From: Macrostomum lignano
Lineage: Eukaryota
NCBI GenBank assembly: GCA_002269645.1
Contig: NIVC01001843.1
Location: 167,008-231,007 of the forward strand
Length of the DNA stretch: 64,000 nucleotides
Reading direction: 5' to 3'
Made by a program: the position numbers and the translations under genes. The notes under the pieces are model-generated. The model was given only the letters and a program-made list of their open reading frames with translations. It was not told the origin of the DNA and did no database searches. Shown here piece by piece: positions 62,930 to 64,000 of the stretch. The number at the start of each line of letters is the position of its first letter. The first letter of the stretch is position 1.

Positions 62930-64000
62930 AGATTATCAGAGACAGCATGTGAGATTATCAGAGACACCATATGAGATTATCAGAGACACCACATGAGATT
63001 ATCAGAGACATCATATGAGATTATCAGAGACACCATATGAGATTATCAGAGACACCATATGAGATTTTCAAAGACACCATATGAGATTATCAGAGACACC
63101 ATATGAGATTATCAGAGACACCATATGAGATAATCAGAGACACCATATGAGATTATCAGAGACATCATATGAGATTATCAGAGACACCATATGAGATTAT
63201 CAGAGACACCACATGAGATTATCAGAGACCGCATGTGAGATTATCAGAGACACCATATGAGATTATCAGAGACATCATATGAGATTATCAGAGACACCAT
63301 ATGAGATTATCAGAGACACCATATGAGATTATCAGAGACACCATATGAGATTTTCAAAGACACCATATGAGATTATCAGAGACACCATATGAGATTATCA
63401 GAGACACCATATGAGATAATCAGAGACACCATATGAGATTATCAGAGACATCATATGAGATTATCAGAGACACCATATGAGATTATCAGAGACACCATAT
63501 GAGATTATCAGAGACACCATATGAGATTTTCAAAGACACCATATGAGATTATCAGAGACACCATTTGAGATTATCAGAGACACCATATGAGATTATCAGA
63601 GACACCATATGAGATTATCAGAGACATCATATGAGTTATCAGAGACACCATATGAGATTATCAGAGACACCATATGAGATTATCAGAGACACCATATGAG
63701 ATTATCAGAGACACCATATGAGATTATCAGAGACACCATATGAGATTATCAGAGACACCATATGAGATTATCAGAGACACCATATGAGATTATCAGGGAC
63801 ACCATATGAGATTATCAGAGACACTATATGAGATTATCAGAGACACCATATGAGATTATCAGAGACACCATATGAGATTATCAGAGACACCATATGAGAT
63901 TATCAGAGACACCATATGAGATTATCAGAGACACCATATGAGATTATCAGAGACACCATATGAGATTATCAGAGACCGCATGTGAGATTATCATAGACAA
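62930..64000. repeat. 22-bp minisatellite GAGATTATCAGAGACACCATAT running off the right edge
   Basis: About 48 units. Confidence 0.98.

Overview
Eukaryotic, intron-rich and repeat-rich animal DNA; no prokaryotic features. Poly-Q proteins, CTGT microsatellites and minisatellite-stuffed introns resemble a macrostomid flatworm, but that assignment is inference only. Five spliced genes could be assembled by hand with GT-AG boundaries. (1) A probably Ca2+-independent synaptotagmin-like gene (+, 13012-22005). (2) A minus-strand 592-aa gene (28122-33621) whose middle aligns with a very divergent p53-family DNA-binding domain, with an apparent His/Cys zinc-ligand swap and a large L1 insertion; this is the most interesting item. 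(3) PIGA (-, 35959-39560), with two inferred 1-nt deletions. (4) A compact NCoR/SMRT co-repressor (+, 45726-52301), with two inferred phase breaks. (5) The first two exons of SLC38A10 (+, 57160-61963). The PIGA-NCoR intergenic region holds four DNA transposons defined by TIRs and TSDs: a foldback element with a nested hAT-type MITE, and a MITE plus a Merlin-like transposase relic that share one target site. The window opens with at least 9.7 kb of a 27/28-bp satellite. Sixteen of 17 introns carry tandem repeats, mostly each with its own minisatellite unit, and many units resemble splice signals. Most long ORFs in the supplied track are artefacts of these repeats.
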